Assembly: GCA_965203295.1 (NCBI GenBank)
Contig: CBDBCZ010000015.1
Coordinates: forward strand, 640,001-704,000
Direction: 5' to 3'
Source: Nitrospirales bacterium
Lineage (GTDB): Bacteria > Nitrospirota > Nitrospiria > Nitrospirales > UBA8639
DNA length: 64,000 bases
The notes under the pieces are model-generated. The model did no database searches and was not told the origin of the DNA. It worked only from the letters and a program-made list of their open reading frames with translations. Numbering within the stretch: position 1 is the first letter of the stretch; every line of letters begins with the position of its first letter. The translations under genes were made by a program, and so were the position numbers. Positions 1 to 12,798 of the stretch are shown here, one piece after another.

Positions 1-605
1 GTCATTGATCTCAGAGAAAGAGTAATGACTCCTTGTAAGCGAATCCTTTTAATGATCAGGGAGGATCAACCCCAAGACCGTCATCAATGGTAACTATTCT
101 CAATGCTTTGGCATTGACCACTTTTAACGACAACATTTTGCTCACATAGTGGACAAACACGAATGAAGGAAGTAGAGGGCAGAACAGTGGTAACATCAAG
201 TCCTACCCAAGCTGTACCAGAGTGTAAATTCCAGCTATATAGGATTGCTCAGTTACTTTGGGGCTCATCTCTGAACACCCCTCAGTAGAAGGCTATTATA
301 CTCAGAACCTGGGGGCTTGCCAAGAAAGCTCTATTGCAGGCAAACTACCCAGTACTCTAACAATAAATACGGCCCTCAAAATAGTTACCATTCTTGAACA
401 GTAGTCACTTGCAAAAGAAGCCATGCTGAAATATCTGTGGCATTTAATCACTCCAAAAATCAGTTAGGTGGTGCAGGTGAAGTACAGTACTCAACCTTGT
501 AAGAGTAAAGCTGCTGATTCAGCAGTTTCTACATAGGCCTGTACAGATGTAATATGTACATGTACATCATGTATATACTGAGTGTGCTACATTTTCATTG
601 TACAG

Positions 606-2386
606 GTTTCCAACTGGATGTCTCAAAATTCTTCATTTTCATGTCACTGGGTCTTACTTCCATCTCAGCAGCCTCCATTGCATTTTCAATCAGTGCTAGA
701 TTGACGGTCACTGCTGCAGCAAACCTAATAGCCCTTGTCTCTGTTTTATCTATGGTAAGTAATGTTTGTCCTATTTGTTAGTGTTCATTCAGCTTGGAGT
801 TAAACCTGGAGAGCACGACCTAATCAGTGTATACATGTAATTGTGTCTTGCTGCTGTTGCACAGTATTAAAGTTGGAGCTAGGTAGTCCAAATATTGATT
901 CAGTATCAAACAGAAGTGAACCAACAATGCTATCAAACCCTTAGTTGATTAACTAAGCGTTCTTCTCTATACATGTATACAATTATTGTAAATACTTTCC
1001 TAATTATTCCATGAAAAACAGAACATGTAGGTGGAAGCACGTTACGGTACTAATCGGTTATTGAATGCTGTATGTGTAATTGTGCCATGATACAGTGATC
1101 AACTAAGCGAGTTGCAACTAGCCGGTATCCTCTAGTTAACTACTTTTGTGTATACAAATTGAGAGGACGATCTTCCTGGGAATGTCTTCTTGTCATAGGA
1201 AGGAGTGGACTTTTAAGTAGTGGCAGCGATATGAGTTTCATGAAATCCATGCAGGAATGGTGAATGGTACATGTACTTTTGCTCAGCATGCTTTGCATCC
1301 TGTCAGACATCGATATTGTAAGTCTAGATCTAGGCACGAACCGTTGATCTACCTACCCTTTGGGGAAGACCCTGACTCCACCCCAACTATCACTGTATTA
1401 TCTCTTGTGACTTGTACTTTGTAGTGTACAATATTTCTTCTTTTTTCTTGGTATATAGTTATTTGGGGCATGGATTCCTGATTGCACTCGATTCACTTCC
1501 AGTGTGGTTGAGGTGGTTAAAGTATTCTAGCATCTTTCACTATGGCATTGAGGTTAATACCTCCAAAACATTCCACTATGCAGTCAAATGTTATTGCTCC
1601 CACTAATACTAACTACTGGAATACCTTTCTATCAATGTAGGCTTTGGCCATCAATGAAATGGCAAGATTCTACTGCTATAAGACTTCAAATACAACACGG
1701 TTCCTGTGTGGAAGTCTGCCTGGCAATATAAGTTGCAGGTAAGAATGGGTATTGATTGTCACAATATTGCTTTACTGCTTCCCTATACATTATAGATTTT
1801 AGTTACATGTGCATGATGAGATCAGAGTGCTTATTGCAAGTGCATAGCGTTTACTTAGTAAGAATGCCAAATGGTGGTGTTTGTGGTATAGTTTTGTCGT
1901 GAGATAATCGTTTTATTATGCATCCTCAGCTATAACAATCCAAGCCGTCTGCCCATCTGCATATTACTCTCGAGTGGTGCTATATACTGCTGTTTACCAC
2001 GTGACTTGTAGTCCTATCATGGCTTTTATCATGTGACACACAATATTGAATACTGTTACAAATCTTGTGACTTGTAATAAACGTATCAACCACAATTTAC
2101 CTAGAAGACTTCCCGCTGACTTTGTTACACTCAATGTGAGATAGATGAGGCTATACAATGGTAACTGCTGAGCTGTTTGAGGCCACTCCCCCATATTATG
2201 TGTATGACTTTGATAGCATTGGTGATTCCAACTGCTTGAATGGTACCCTGACCAAAGGATACAAAACAAGTGTATCATGGCTGTGGTATGACCAGGTTGC
2301 ACTGTTTGGAATGATAGCTAGTGTTCCTTCTGTTATTGACATACATCCTACTGAGGACCATCAAAAAGGAAAAATGTAAACTTTAA
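606..2386 (+). pseudogene. ABCG (ABCG2/White-like) half-transporter, 3' transmembrane exons, disrupted
   Basis: GT-AG exons 606-754 (GFQLDVSKFFIF...VLSM), 1459-1552 (LFG[gcat]GFLIALDSLPVWLRWLKYSSIFHYGIE), 1641-1738 (ALAINEM...) and 2145-2386 (...WLWYDQVALFGM / VFLLLTYILLRTIKK). Lesions: 4-nt insertion at 1468-1471, in-frame TGA at 2146-2148, +1 shift near 2320. AATAAA at 2467. Confidence 0.8.
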
Positions 2387-4198
2387 TTGTTTCCTGAACA
2401 CTAGTAATAACAGTTGTGGTGGTAATGACATACCCTGTGAATTTTACCTTATTTGTATATGCATACAATAAAGTAAATATGGTGAACATTACTATATACT
2501 ATATAATTTTGCATACTGACAGGGCATTGTTTTCTGCTATATGACTTGTGTAAATATACTATAACTGCAAGCTGTACTGTACATGTACATCCTGCTATGT
2601 GGACTATATATACATGTAGCTATACACATTGGGGAAAATCAGTAGGTCAATAGGTATGCAATGCTCTCTTGTCCAAATTTGCACATGCATTTTATTTTAC
2701 ATATTGACTGAATTTGCCTTGTGGTACATGTAAAATAGCCATGTGGTAATTGGCTGTGTGAAGTAGCGCCCATAGATAGATAGATAGAAATTTTAATGCC
2801 ACACCACAACGACGGCAGCAGGCCAAACTTGGCCTATGAGACATACAGGAAGATTACAATACTAATCATGGGTAATGTTAATGGGTAATGTTATTCATCG
2901 CTAGCTTTTAAACCTAGTCCTAGTTCTTGTTGCAACAGGGCCGTCCGGGATGACAGGAGACCACTGGTAACTATGCTTTGTCTTTCCTTTTCTAAATGTC
3001 AAGACTGGAGTTCCACATTGTTCTGTGTATGTGATCTCCTTTGCAATACCCAGCCAGAACATTGCATCATGATCACTGGATCTCACAGGGTTACTTTTGG
3101 TGCCACCTCCTTTGATCAGAGATCTGAAGTTTCCACTTTCTTTCCTTTGACAACTGGTGTCCAGCCTTCATGGCTTTCAGCCACAAACTTCACACCCGGT
3201 ACACCACTCCTTTCATCATACACCACAGAGCTGCATGTGGACAGGTCAACAATGGGGTCAGTGTTAGGACAAGAATCAATCTCTTCCTGTTCTGGAGGGG
3301 TTGCTTGTGTAGCTGATGATCTAAAGAGAGGTACGGAGTTAAGGGCAGTTGCCCTAGCTCCATGCAGTTGACTACAGGGTGCGGCGGGTGGAGTTTCACA
3401 CATCGCATCACTGGCAGCTGGATTTCCAGTATCTCTCACTCTATCCAGAAAATCTGACTCTCCCTGCCTTTTGAGTGCCTTCTTTTGGTTGTAGGCCTCC
3501 ATTCGCAGTCGGCTATGCAGCCGTCTTCGGGTTGTTGCCGGAGCGAAAGTGCGGGCATTAAATGGAATACTGTCGCACTGCTCAGCATTTCTTCAGAAAA
3601 CACTCACACTCTAATCGTTTCTACATTTTTGTGGCTTCCAAACTGGTATTCCTAGCTTCTTCAGTTAAAGATTCGACAGCACGCTGGCAAGATCCTCCGG
3701 AATTCCAAGAGTTTTGAGAGCCATAATTCCCAACACTATGAATATGGCATGAAAACAACAATAGACACAAATAACTATGAAAATATGTAGTCACTTATGT
3801 GTCCCTTGTAGAAATGTTTGCAAAGGGAATCAAAATGGAATCGAGCTATTAAAAAAGTTTTTTAGAAATTCATCAAAGGATCAGGATTGACCCGAACAAG
3901 TGCATCAACCATTATGCACAGATATTACGGCAGCAGGGCTCCAGAACACCCGAAATTAAACAATCAGAAGCTCAGAAATAACAATCAAGCGATCAAGTTT
4001 TTATTCTAGATCCTGTTCATAAACATGTTTACAGGTGATATGTAGGTGACTACCTCTTCCTTGATGGCTAGGTACGTAGCTGTCTATTACTTTTCAGTGG
4101 AGGTCTCAATTGAAGCCAGCAGGGACTAAAAGAAAGGATACAATGCCACTAATACCACGCATCCAGAGAACTATTTTAGGGAGGAGGGAGGGACACCC

Positions 4199-4388
4199 TG
4201 TCCTATGACATCACCATCAAAAGCACCAGAGCTTTAGCAATACGTCAGTGGTATATTGATGGGAATGAGAGTTTGCACAATGTAATGTCAGGTGTATGTT
4301 AATGCTATGTAACTCATGAATTACATTGTGCAAACTCCTGTTCCCATCAACATACACCTAAAGGTCTGGTGGTGACATCATAGGACAA
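4199..4388. repeat. Long imperfect inverted repeat (MITE-like)
   Basis: tgtcctatgacatcacca...gatgggaa...gagtttgcacaatgtaat pairs with attacattgtgcaaactc...ttcccatc...tggtgacatcataggaca. Confidence 0.7.
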
Positions 4389-4984
4389 GAGATATGATGA
4401 CATTGCTTGAAGTTCTAAGTCTAGAACTCATTCTTCTATCAGATACGTCAATTCCAACTTAAATGGTTGGGAATGACAGCTAGGAGCACCTAAGATGGTA
4501 CGTGGCAATCGCTTTTAAACAAGTGATGGGATATAGGAACACATTGAAGAACTACACAGCTTTGTAATCAAAGGCAAATTTAATTTTACATCTGCAAGAG
4601 TCCACAGGTATCTGCAACACACAGTGACTGGTCCTGCAGGATAAATAGTAGATACAGGTAAGTGATCAAGGTGCAAGATTACACTGCTAATGGCCACTGA
4701 CAAGAGGTCTTATAAGCATCTATGGGTGTGTGATCAATGGCACTACGGAAGAAAATGAGTATAATTTGTCCAAATACATACATTTACCGGGTACTAACCT
4801 TGGCTAGCTTTTGCATCTCATACTTGAGCTGTTTCAGAATAGAGTGATCAGCATCCGTTCCACTACAGGATGACTTATCTCAGGTCTTATGACTCCAACT
4901 ACAGACAAAAGTATCACAGTACGTGTAGTGTTTCTTTAGAATTTAATCGTTGTATACATTACACTCCTTTTTTTCAAAGCGAAA

Positions 4985-5385
4985 TCAAGATGGCTATGCA
5001 CCACTATTTCAAAACTACCAATCCAAAGCTGCCTGATCCTCGGGGACTACTTTCAAACTGACAAAAGCGGTACCGTTGACCTCCATTTGTGTCTGCCAAC
5101 AGGAAGGTGAGGCGCGTCCTTCAACTACAGCAAACGCTAACAAGGGGTACATATGCTACATTCACTCCGGAACAGAAAGCGGAGATAGGGAAGCGTGCAA
5201 CAGAGCATCTTCGTATATCCATAGATGGGTATGTGCTAAACACAAAGTCCAGTCTAGGGGTGTGGTGAACAAAAAATGGGTGGGGCAAAGAATCATTCTT
5301 AGTCCACGAAATTTATTTCTGCGAAAATGTTCAGTATGACCAAACCACGAAAATTATGCGCTTGGAAATTTGGCGCTATACGGTA
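4985..5385 (+). mobile_element. pogo-like transposon remnant (N-terminal HTH region + right TIR)
   Basis: Frameshifted peptide HHYFK...LPDPRGLLS...RGTYATFTPEQKAEIGKRATEH; ends gaaatttggcgctatacggta. Confidence 0.65.
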
Positions 5386-7730
5386 TTAATACGCACCAAC
5401 CTCACACATAAGCCTGTTGCCAGATTGATATTCTACCCATATTTTCAATGCACAGATCTGAAATGTGGGTGGGAGGCTTGGGGATAAGGTTAGAACTTAA
5501 CCTTTCAGTTATCAATGATACAACAATTGTATTGTGTAACTCCAGCTACACAAATAATAATTATATTCACACATTGGCTGAGTGCCGGTCATCATAAATG
5601 TGCAGAAGTGCTCCCCAGTTCAAGATAAATGGGTGAAGTTCCTATAAATGAATAACCTTGCAGGTTATTAATGTGCTACACAATCAATCCATATATCTTA
5701 TTACATGCTTCTCTGCGCAATATGGAGTGCTAGGGTATATTTTTATGAGTCTGAAGAGCGAGTGAAAATACTCCCTGCAAGAGTGTAGTATGCTGTATGG
5801 TAAGGAAACAGATTTAAATTACAACTTCAACATCAACTACCCAATTTGTGACAGCCCACACTTTAGATATATGACATGCAGTACAAGATTAAAAAAGAAG
5901 CTGACTCGTGCGTCACGTACCGTGCAGTACAGTAGAATATTGCACGGTAGCTCTACAGGACAATACTGTTATGCACAACTAGAGTAAAAGTCATAAGGTA
6001 AGCATTTGTACATTCATTGTTACAGAGCGAAGTGGCAGCCTGGGTAAAAGTATACATGCTACCATAAACTAAATTAGAAACATACCTTAAGCAAGGCTTG
6101 TGCTGCCATTTGCTGCCCATCCTTCTTTTCCATACAAAGTCCCTTAACAGTGTGACGTCCCAGTGACAGACAGTACTCAAAAGAGTACTTACCATCGCAG
6201 TTACCATCCTTGGGGCTGAGAGTGAACTGTAGCTCCCCAGAATAAGCAAGAGCATCCTGATTCCTATGTATATATATATATATATATATATATGTACATA
6301 CATAATAGATAGTTGTTGGTTTGTAAGTGGTTTGTAAGTGCTTTCTGGTCAATCTAGATGCAAGGTTGATCAGATAAGTTGTACAGCTCATTATAGATGA
6401 TGAACTAACAGATGCACTGAAATGCCATATACATATAACAGTTTTGTAATTGTATCTGAAGACTTTTCATTGCATGATAATGCAGATATCAAGGGGGGTC
6501 ACTTCCATAGACAACTGTGACTGCGGGTTAAAGTTTTGACGAGCTCTTCTCAGTGGTTTGACCGTTGACCACCTGTCTTTTGGCTGCTGAACTTTGACTG
6601 TTCTACAAATTTGACTGTCGATTGTACGAAGGACTTCCTGTAAAGCCTGCTGCTCGATCCAAGTCGACTGAAAGGCTCTGAGTGACAAGTGTAGATTGTG
6701 GTTCTTGTGTATGAGTTCATCCATTCTGCACTGCGACCTACCGTTATCATCGTTGACTGTATTTCTAAGCATGCTTTGACCATTAACAACACCCTTTTAA
6801 GCAGCTTTGACTGTTGACCATTGACTGACAGCTAGCGGTAACAGTTGTGACTACAGAGTCTATAAAAGTGACCCCGCCCCTTGCATATGTCATAGATCTT
6901 TGAAATGGGAGAGGACGTATTCCACAGTACTTTGTACATAACCTGACAGAAACAGCCATGTAGACTAAATGGTTACCCAAGGCATATGTATATATTCACA
7001 TGGTAACCACAATGCTGTAACTGTTAGAGTGATAGCAAAGGTAGGTAAATATTAGATAATGAATGTTATACTTGGAGATTCACACTTGTCAATTTCCTGT
7101 CATCATTTGCCTGTTCCAACATTACTTGTAAACAAATGATAGTGTCCTTCCAAGGCCCTTTTTAAGGGGGGCTGTGAATTAGTGTAAGAAAATAATAAAA
7201 AGCTACTGCAAAGCGTATCAGTGGTCTTTCTTCTAACTATCATTATAGTATATTGTCCTATAATCACATCCATGAAGATGTATGTATATACCTACATAAA
7301 TATATAATACTCAAATACACTTCTACATACATGTATGTATGTGTACCTTTGATGGCACACCCCCCTTCAACACGCGCCATGGACTTGGCAGGCCTACTTG
7401 TTGTAGCGACTGGGCAGCTTGAGGATCATCAATTTCAAATGATGACAAATACTAAAGGAGATACGTGTATATGAAGAAAACTTGCATAAAAAAGCTACTA
7501 GCAATATTACCATGTGCAAAACACTTTAGCCAGGCATACTGAAACTGTTTGGAGACTTTTTCAAATGCTCCTGGTAGAAACAAATCCAGTGTCGGTTCAG
7601 CTGCAGATATAAAGGAGATAATAATAAGTGGACTGTACTCTCTCCTCATACACATGACTGCATCCTGCACTTTGCTTGGCTTTTTCTTGGTTGTAGACAT
7701 ACTTCATATTTTCAATTGCAATTGTACATA

Positions 7731-8129
7731 ACTCTCTCAGAAAACTTATCATCTCTTGAAGAGTTTGCAATGTGACTACTTAGTTTTCAGTTCTGTGTCT
7801 TTGGTGGTTTAATTACCCCGGCAGACTGATTCAGGCTAAGTTTGGGTGTAGCACGTTTATCGTGCCTAGGAGATGGGGGGAGAGGCCTAATGAGAGAGTA
7901 ATTACAGTTGGAATTGCCTGGGTCCTACTGGCAAGTGCTACTAGCAGGTTTAGTGGCTATATAAAGCTTGCCTACTGCTCCTCTGCCAAAGGACTCCAGT
8001 AGCTCAATTGGTAAGAGCATCTGACAAGTATTCAGAAGATCCTGGGTTCAATCCCCAGGTGGGTCCCGGTTTTTTTTTTCAGGATTTCTTTACTCTCAGA
8101 AAGCTTATCATCTCTTGAAGAGTTTGCAA
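7731..8129 (+). mobile_element. tRNA-containing dispersed repeat, copy A (~359-bp unit with terminal direct repeat)
   Basis: Direct repeat 7731-7770 / 8092-8129, TATATAAA at 7958-7965, tRNA-like segment 7991-8067 followed by an oligo-T run. Confidence 0.8.
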
Positions 8130-10913
8130 CAAGTATGGAGTTGTCCTGTTGTATGTAATAATAGTAATCACTAGCTAGCTCATACGCTGAACGGTAGGAA
8201 TTACACTCAATTCAATACAGAAACAAGCTGAATCAGTTACTATTATGGAGGGAGAGACTATAGCTTCAATATGAGGCTTGCGAGGATAAATAGACGTAAC
8301 AAATTGGCATTTACATAGCTTCACAAACTCGCTGGCTTCTTTACAAAACTCCTAGTAAAAAAGAAACTGTCTAAATTAATAGGTAAGCTGTAAACTTCAA
8401 AATTTGTATGGACCCAATTTTGGGTACTGCAGCTATAACTAGTGCAGTGCCGATAGCTACATGTACTTCACTTTACGCACAGAAGGGAAGAAATTTATTA
8501 ATGTTCTTTTTCTGTATATGCAAATGCATTGTACTGCATGAAGTATTATATGGAGTATGTACGTACGTAGTGACAACTGAGATATGATATTGAACATAAA
8601 CCTTTGTCATGGCGAGATGACCAGGACAGATCAAAGTGGTTCCCTCAGTTGTGCATGTACTAGTACTAACAGCAGAAGAAGGCTCTTGAGGTGACTGACA
8701 TTCATTAAATTTATACATATGTAAGTGTAGCAATTAGCTTTCATATGCCAGATACTTCTGGTAAGCAGTATACATGTAGCAGAAGAACATGCACGTATTT
8801 CAACGCACTAGTTTCCTCAATGAGAAACTCAGGACTGGTTTTTAGGTAGTTTTGGCAGAACTCAAACAGCAAGCTTACAGCACTCTTCTTGGAAATGGTC
8901 ACTGTCCACACTGCATGGAACATGTACTGTAAATGTGAAGCAAAAGCATGTATGACATGAAAAGACTTGCAACACCTGCAGGAGGCTTCTTGGCTTCAGA
9001 TTCATGGTGCTGACGATACTCTTTGGGGACAGGAATGTGTAGAACTTTTAACAAGTCGTTCAGGCTAAAAATACAGAAAATACGTACCTGATTACACTCA
9101 TAGAGGGAGGTACAACTGATCAGTAATATTTGCCAGTTAACAGAGAAATTTGGCATTGGCAATCTGCCAGTTAAGTCAAATTGTTACATACCACTAAACT
9201 TTATGCTGTTCCTTCTTTTGTTGTGCCTTGGGTATTTTATTCTTTTGCCTAAAAGGGTACGGAAGCAACTATTCTAAGTGCACAGAGTAGTCAGTACTAC
9301 TTGTACTGTATACATTGGTGTGATTTATAAGCTACATAAAACTACTACTAACTGCATGATTCAAGAACAGGGATACGTAATTCCCAGCAAGGTACATGTG
9401 AAATGCAGGCCAGCTGGTCTCTACGTCTTTATCGTATATCTTCCTTTAGAGCAAAATGCCTAATTATGTGAAGTGGCTTATCTAAGGTCATGCTGCGCTG
9501 CATCAATAGCTTTTTATATGTACCTTAGGGAACTATGGCTATATACATACTCTCTCATAATATCTGCTTCATTAGGATTACTTCCCTCCCTGTAGCTATG
9601 CTGAAAGCAATCACAGGAGATGGATAGCACAGTTTTGAGTGTGGATGGTACTTCAGTCTTTTATGCTTTTTTTTATCGATACTGAGTACTTGATACACTA
9701 CCAACTGGAAGTTTGCATTGAAAAAGGTGGCGTACATGTACAAAATAAGGCTAGGCATAAAGCAGGAGATACAGGGAGATAAAACCTCCATCAGTACAAT
9801 CCAAAACTTCTGTGAGGAGTTATGGTCAAAACAAAACTGTAAATAGGTGTATGAAGAGTCAGAGATCTGGTCTAGGATATTATATCTACTGCATAGTTTA
9901 CCTAGGGACACTACTACTGCTCCCATGTTTCCTTCCACTACATGTAACTGCAACTGTATGACGACTACATACCATTCATCCACTAGCACAGACTCTTCAT
10001 CGCCTTCCTCAATCTCCCATCTTTGTGATAAGTATTCCCTCAAATTATGTGGCTCTAAAAGAGATTACACATTATGACATTGTAAATTACAGCCACTTGT
10101 ATAACAGAGTACATGTACATACATATTCATAATAAAATACTTGCTATTGTTGTTCCTTACACTCTGAGTCAGTATATGCTCACACTATCCGAACAGGTTT
10201 GCTGGTAAAAACCACACTTTTCACCAACTGGGCATGCACAAAGCACATAAATGGCTGCATGCATGGTCCTGAAACTGCTTTATGTTTTCTGTGTTTGTCT
10301 GTCTGTGGATCTACACTGAGCTGCATTCAGTCATTATGAGACAGCCTATTACAGTTCCTTTAGCCCATTTCTGAGCTGAGCCTAGGGTGAAATACGAAAT
10401 ATAGGATGTACGTATTCCTCTTTTATTAACCAGTACAATGTAAAACACCTGATTTCACAGAGCATACCAAGTTTGATTAATGAGCCCTTCCTTTCTCCTG
10501 CTGTATGATGCCATTGATCAGCCAAGTGGCACCGTTCTTCTTGAAATAACCACTTCTCTAGGCATGGAATTGCCTGAACTGGAACCCTGTGTTTCTGAAA
10601 GGTAAATACATTCACATTCAAGTTGAATTAACCAGCAGTTTCTATATACATGCTCTCTGCACAAATCAACTACATGTACTGAATAGTATTTATACCTCAT
10701 AAAGGGTCAACTAAATTTTACAACCACATCAGTGCTCCACTAAAGTGTGTGAAGAGTGTACCAAGAAACCAAACATGGAATAAATTCCGTGTGAGGTTGC
10801 AAAGTAGTCTCCTCCAATGGCCCAAACTGGGAGAAGCATGACTTGTTGGATTTTCAATCTCAAACTCACACAAGGAAGGATTAAAAGTGTGCACTGCAAC
10901 TGAGTGTGTAAGC

Positions 10914-11537
10914 TACCGTAGACTCGGGTTATCAAGCGCATGCGCTAGTTGGAACAATAGCAAAAAATACATGCGCTACATAACGAAGTGCGCTACATAA
11001 CGGGGGTTAAAGGATGACCACGCCTAGCTTTGCATGACGTCATCGCGGCAAAGTTACGGTAGCTAGAAAATGGGAAGCTTTGTTGCTGTTACCGGTGGCA
11101 GATTACCAACTACCGGTACGGAATCGCAGTTTATCAAAGCGGTCGGCGATGAAACTCGGTGGAGAGCGGTCGGAGATGAAACTCGGCGGAGAGCGGTCCG
11201 AGGCTGAGATGAGGTCGTACTCGATCAACTCGACTGAGGATGATCGGTGCATGCTTGCTCCCTTTATAGGCCTTTGACGTGGCTAGCTAGCAACTTGATG
11301 ACTGGGCGGTTGCACAATGATCCCTAGAAGGTTATCCTGTCGAGGAATCTCTAGCTGCTAGCAGTCTTCGTTCGATTCTTTAATAATTTTGGTGCGGTTG
11401 CTCCACCCCGTATTACGTTTAATTGGAACATGCGCCTCTAACGAGGTTTTTGCGCTTTGGGCCAAGCGAGCATGCGCCTGATAGCGTATGTGCGCTACAT
11501 ATTAACGAAGTGCGCTTGATAACCCGAGTCTACGGTA
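10914..11537. mobile_element. MITE with TA target site and CCGTAGACTCGGGTTATCAAGCGCA TIRs (Tc1/mariner/pogo-type)
   Basis: Perfect 25-bp TIRs flanked by TA; second copy at 59812-60410. Confidence 0.9.
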
Positions 11538-12639
11538 TATAATTAAAACATGCAACCCCTGTTGGTTACCTGGATACTGTACATGACTATAGCCCATGAA
11601 CCATTATTAGCAAATTGCAGCACTACATGCCACACCAATTGACAATAAATGATAGCAGAAAACTGCACGCAACACATGCACATGAAAATGCACTGTAGAC
11701 TCAACATTGCTCTACCACACAATCTCAGTTTAATCCAGGACCATAGCCAGCATTTTCCCTTTGATCTGGTGGGTAGCTAGTGGAGCAGGGCACATTCCTT
11801 CTAGGGGGTGTGGGGACATGATCCTCCAGAACCTTATGAGATTGTTTCTAGTGCAATCTTAGTGTAAAATAGCAAGAATTGGACACGACTTGCAACCAAA
11901 ACTAGCCTTTGTGCTTGAAGCCCAGCTTTACAGGTGTTGCTTCACCTAGTTTAACTGCGCATACATTGTGACATCACCTACCGTGAATGAGAGTACGTAC
12001 CGTACCTGCATGTGCATATTGTAGTGCTAGTGAGGTTTATAACAATTTGTGAAAGTGAGAAGCACATGCAGCTGCTGCTGAAGTCTTTGATATGGATCTG
12101 GATAATTGTGTTGTTGATGATTTACTATTTATATTCTGTGAGTAACAGCTCCTCAAGGTTGTGGTATACAGCATAACCTGGCTGATTAAACCTAGCTGGC
12201 CTTTCGTCAGTTGAAACTGGACGACTGTGAAGTGCGACTCGGCCATGTTGACGGTACTTAATTGTACTACTATACGGCGACTTAATGCTAGGAATATGTA
12301 TAATGGGCGTGATGCTTGCTTGCTGAACTTTGGCCACCACACCTGTTAGACCTACTCCTACGGCCCTGTATTCTATACCTGTAGTGTTCAGCAACATTAA
12401 AACACCGACAGCCTCATGCATACTATAAGTACTGCTTAGGAAGCCCCCTGAGTATTCTTGCCCCTATGTACATGTACAACTACATCACATTTCTCACCTG
12501 TAAGGAAGGAATACAAAAATGTGGCGTATATTGCACTCACTCACAACAGATTGTCCACAATTCCATACGTACATATAGTGTCCCAATATGTGTACTTCAG
12601 TCCACTACTTCAGCACTCCACTGTGCATTCCAGTGTCAT

Positions 12640-12793
12640 ACAAGGACACCCCTTAAAAAAGGACACCTCTGTATTAAGGACACTTTGTTGTGTCCCATAT
12701 ATACATTCGTAATGTAATGAAATGAGGACACATCTCTACACAGGACATTTTACTAGGTCCCCAAGGTGCCCACATTAGAGGGGTTCCACTGTA
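12640..12793. mobile_element. CAGTGGAACC-ended pogo-type MITE
   Basis: Repeated ggacac motifs, ends gggttccactgta; inverted relative at 14726-14903. Confidence 0.7.
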
Positions 12794-12798
12794 AATAA

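Larger units (their letters stand above)
4734..10594 (-). pseudogene. DGCR8: DGCR8/Pasha (Microprocessor subunit) homologue, disrupted
   Basis: Exons in DGCR8 order: 10594-10468 KHRVPVQAIPCL; 10054-9973 LREYLSQRWEIEE; 8910-8809 KSAVSLLFEFCQNYLKTSPEF (dsRBD1); 7600-7511 TLDLFLP; 7451-7347 FEIDDP...GLPSPWRVL; 6263-6086 LGRHTVKGLCMEKKDGQQMAAQALLK; 5641-5571 ELHPFILNWGALLHIY (dsRBD2); 4898-4799 HSILKQLKYEMQKLAK (C-terminal tail). Lesions: TGA at 4880-4882, frameshifts at 7360-7365 and 7681-7685, missing donors. No WW exon found. Confidence 0.8.

Noticed and set aside
1..430. Possible LINE endonuclease remnant on the minus strand
   Set aside because: Too degenerate to support with clear motifs.
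7991..8067. Functional tRNA gene
   Set aside because: Mutated anticodon loop, mismatched acceptor stem, and part of a dispersed repeat.
7731..8129. Hammerhead ribozyme (retrozyme) in the tRNA repeat
   Set aside because: No CTGANGA...GAAA core with flanking stems found by eye on either strand; other ribozyme classes were not excluded.
12125..12421. 98-aa ORF as a gene or as the Pasha WW exon
   Set aside because: No WW motif. Only RFNQPGYAVYHNLEELLL resembles a hAT transposase scrap, too short to annotate.
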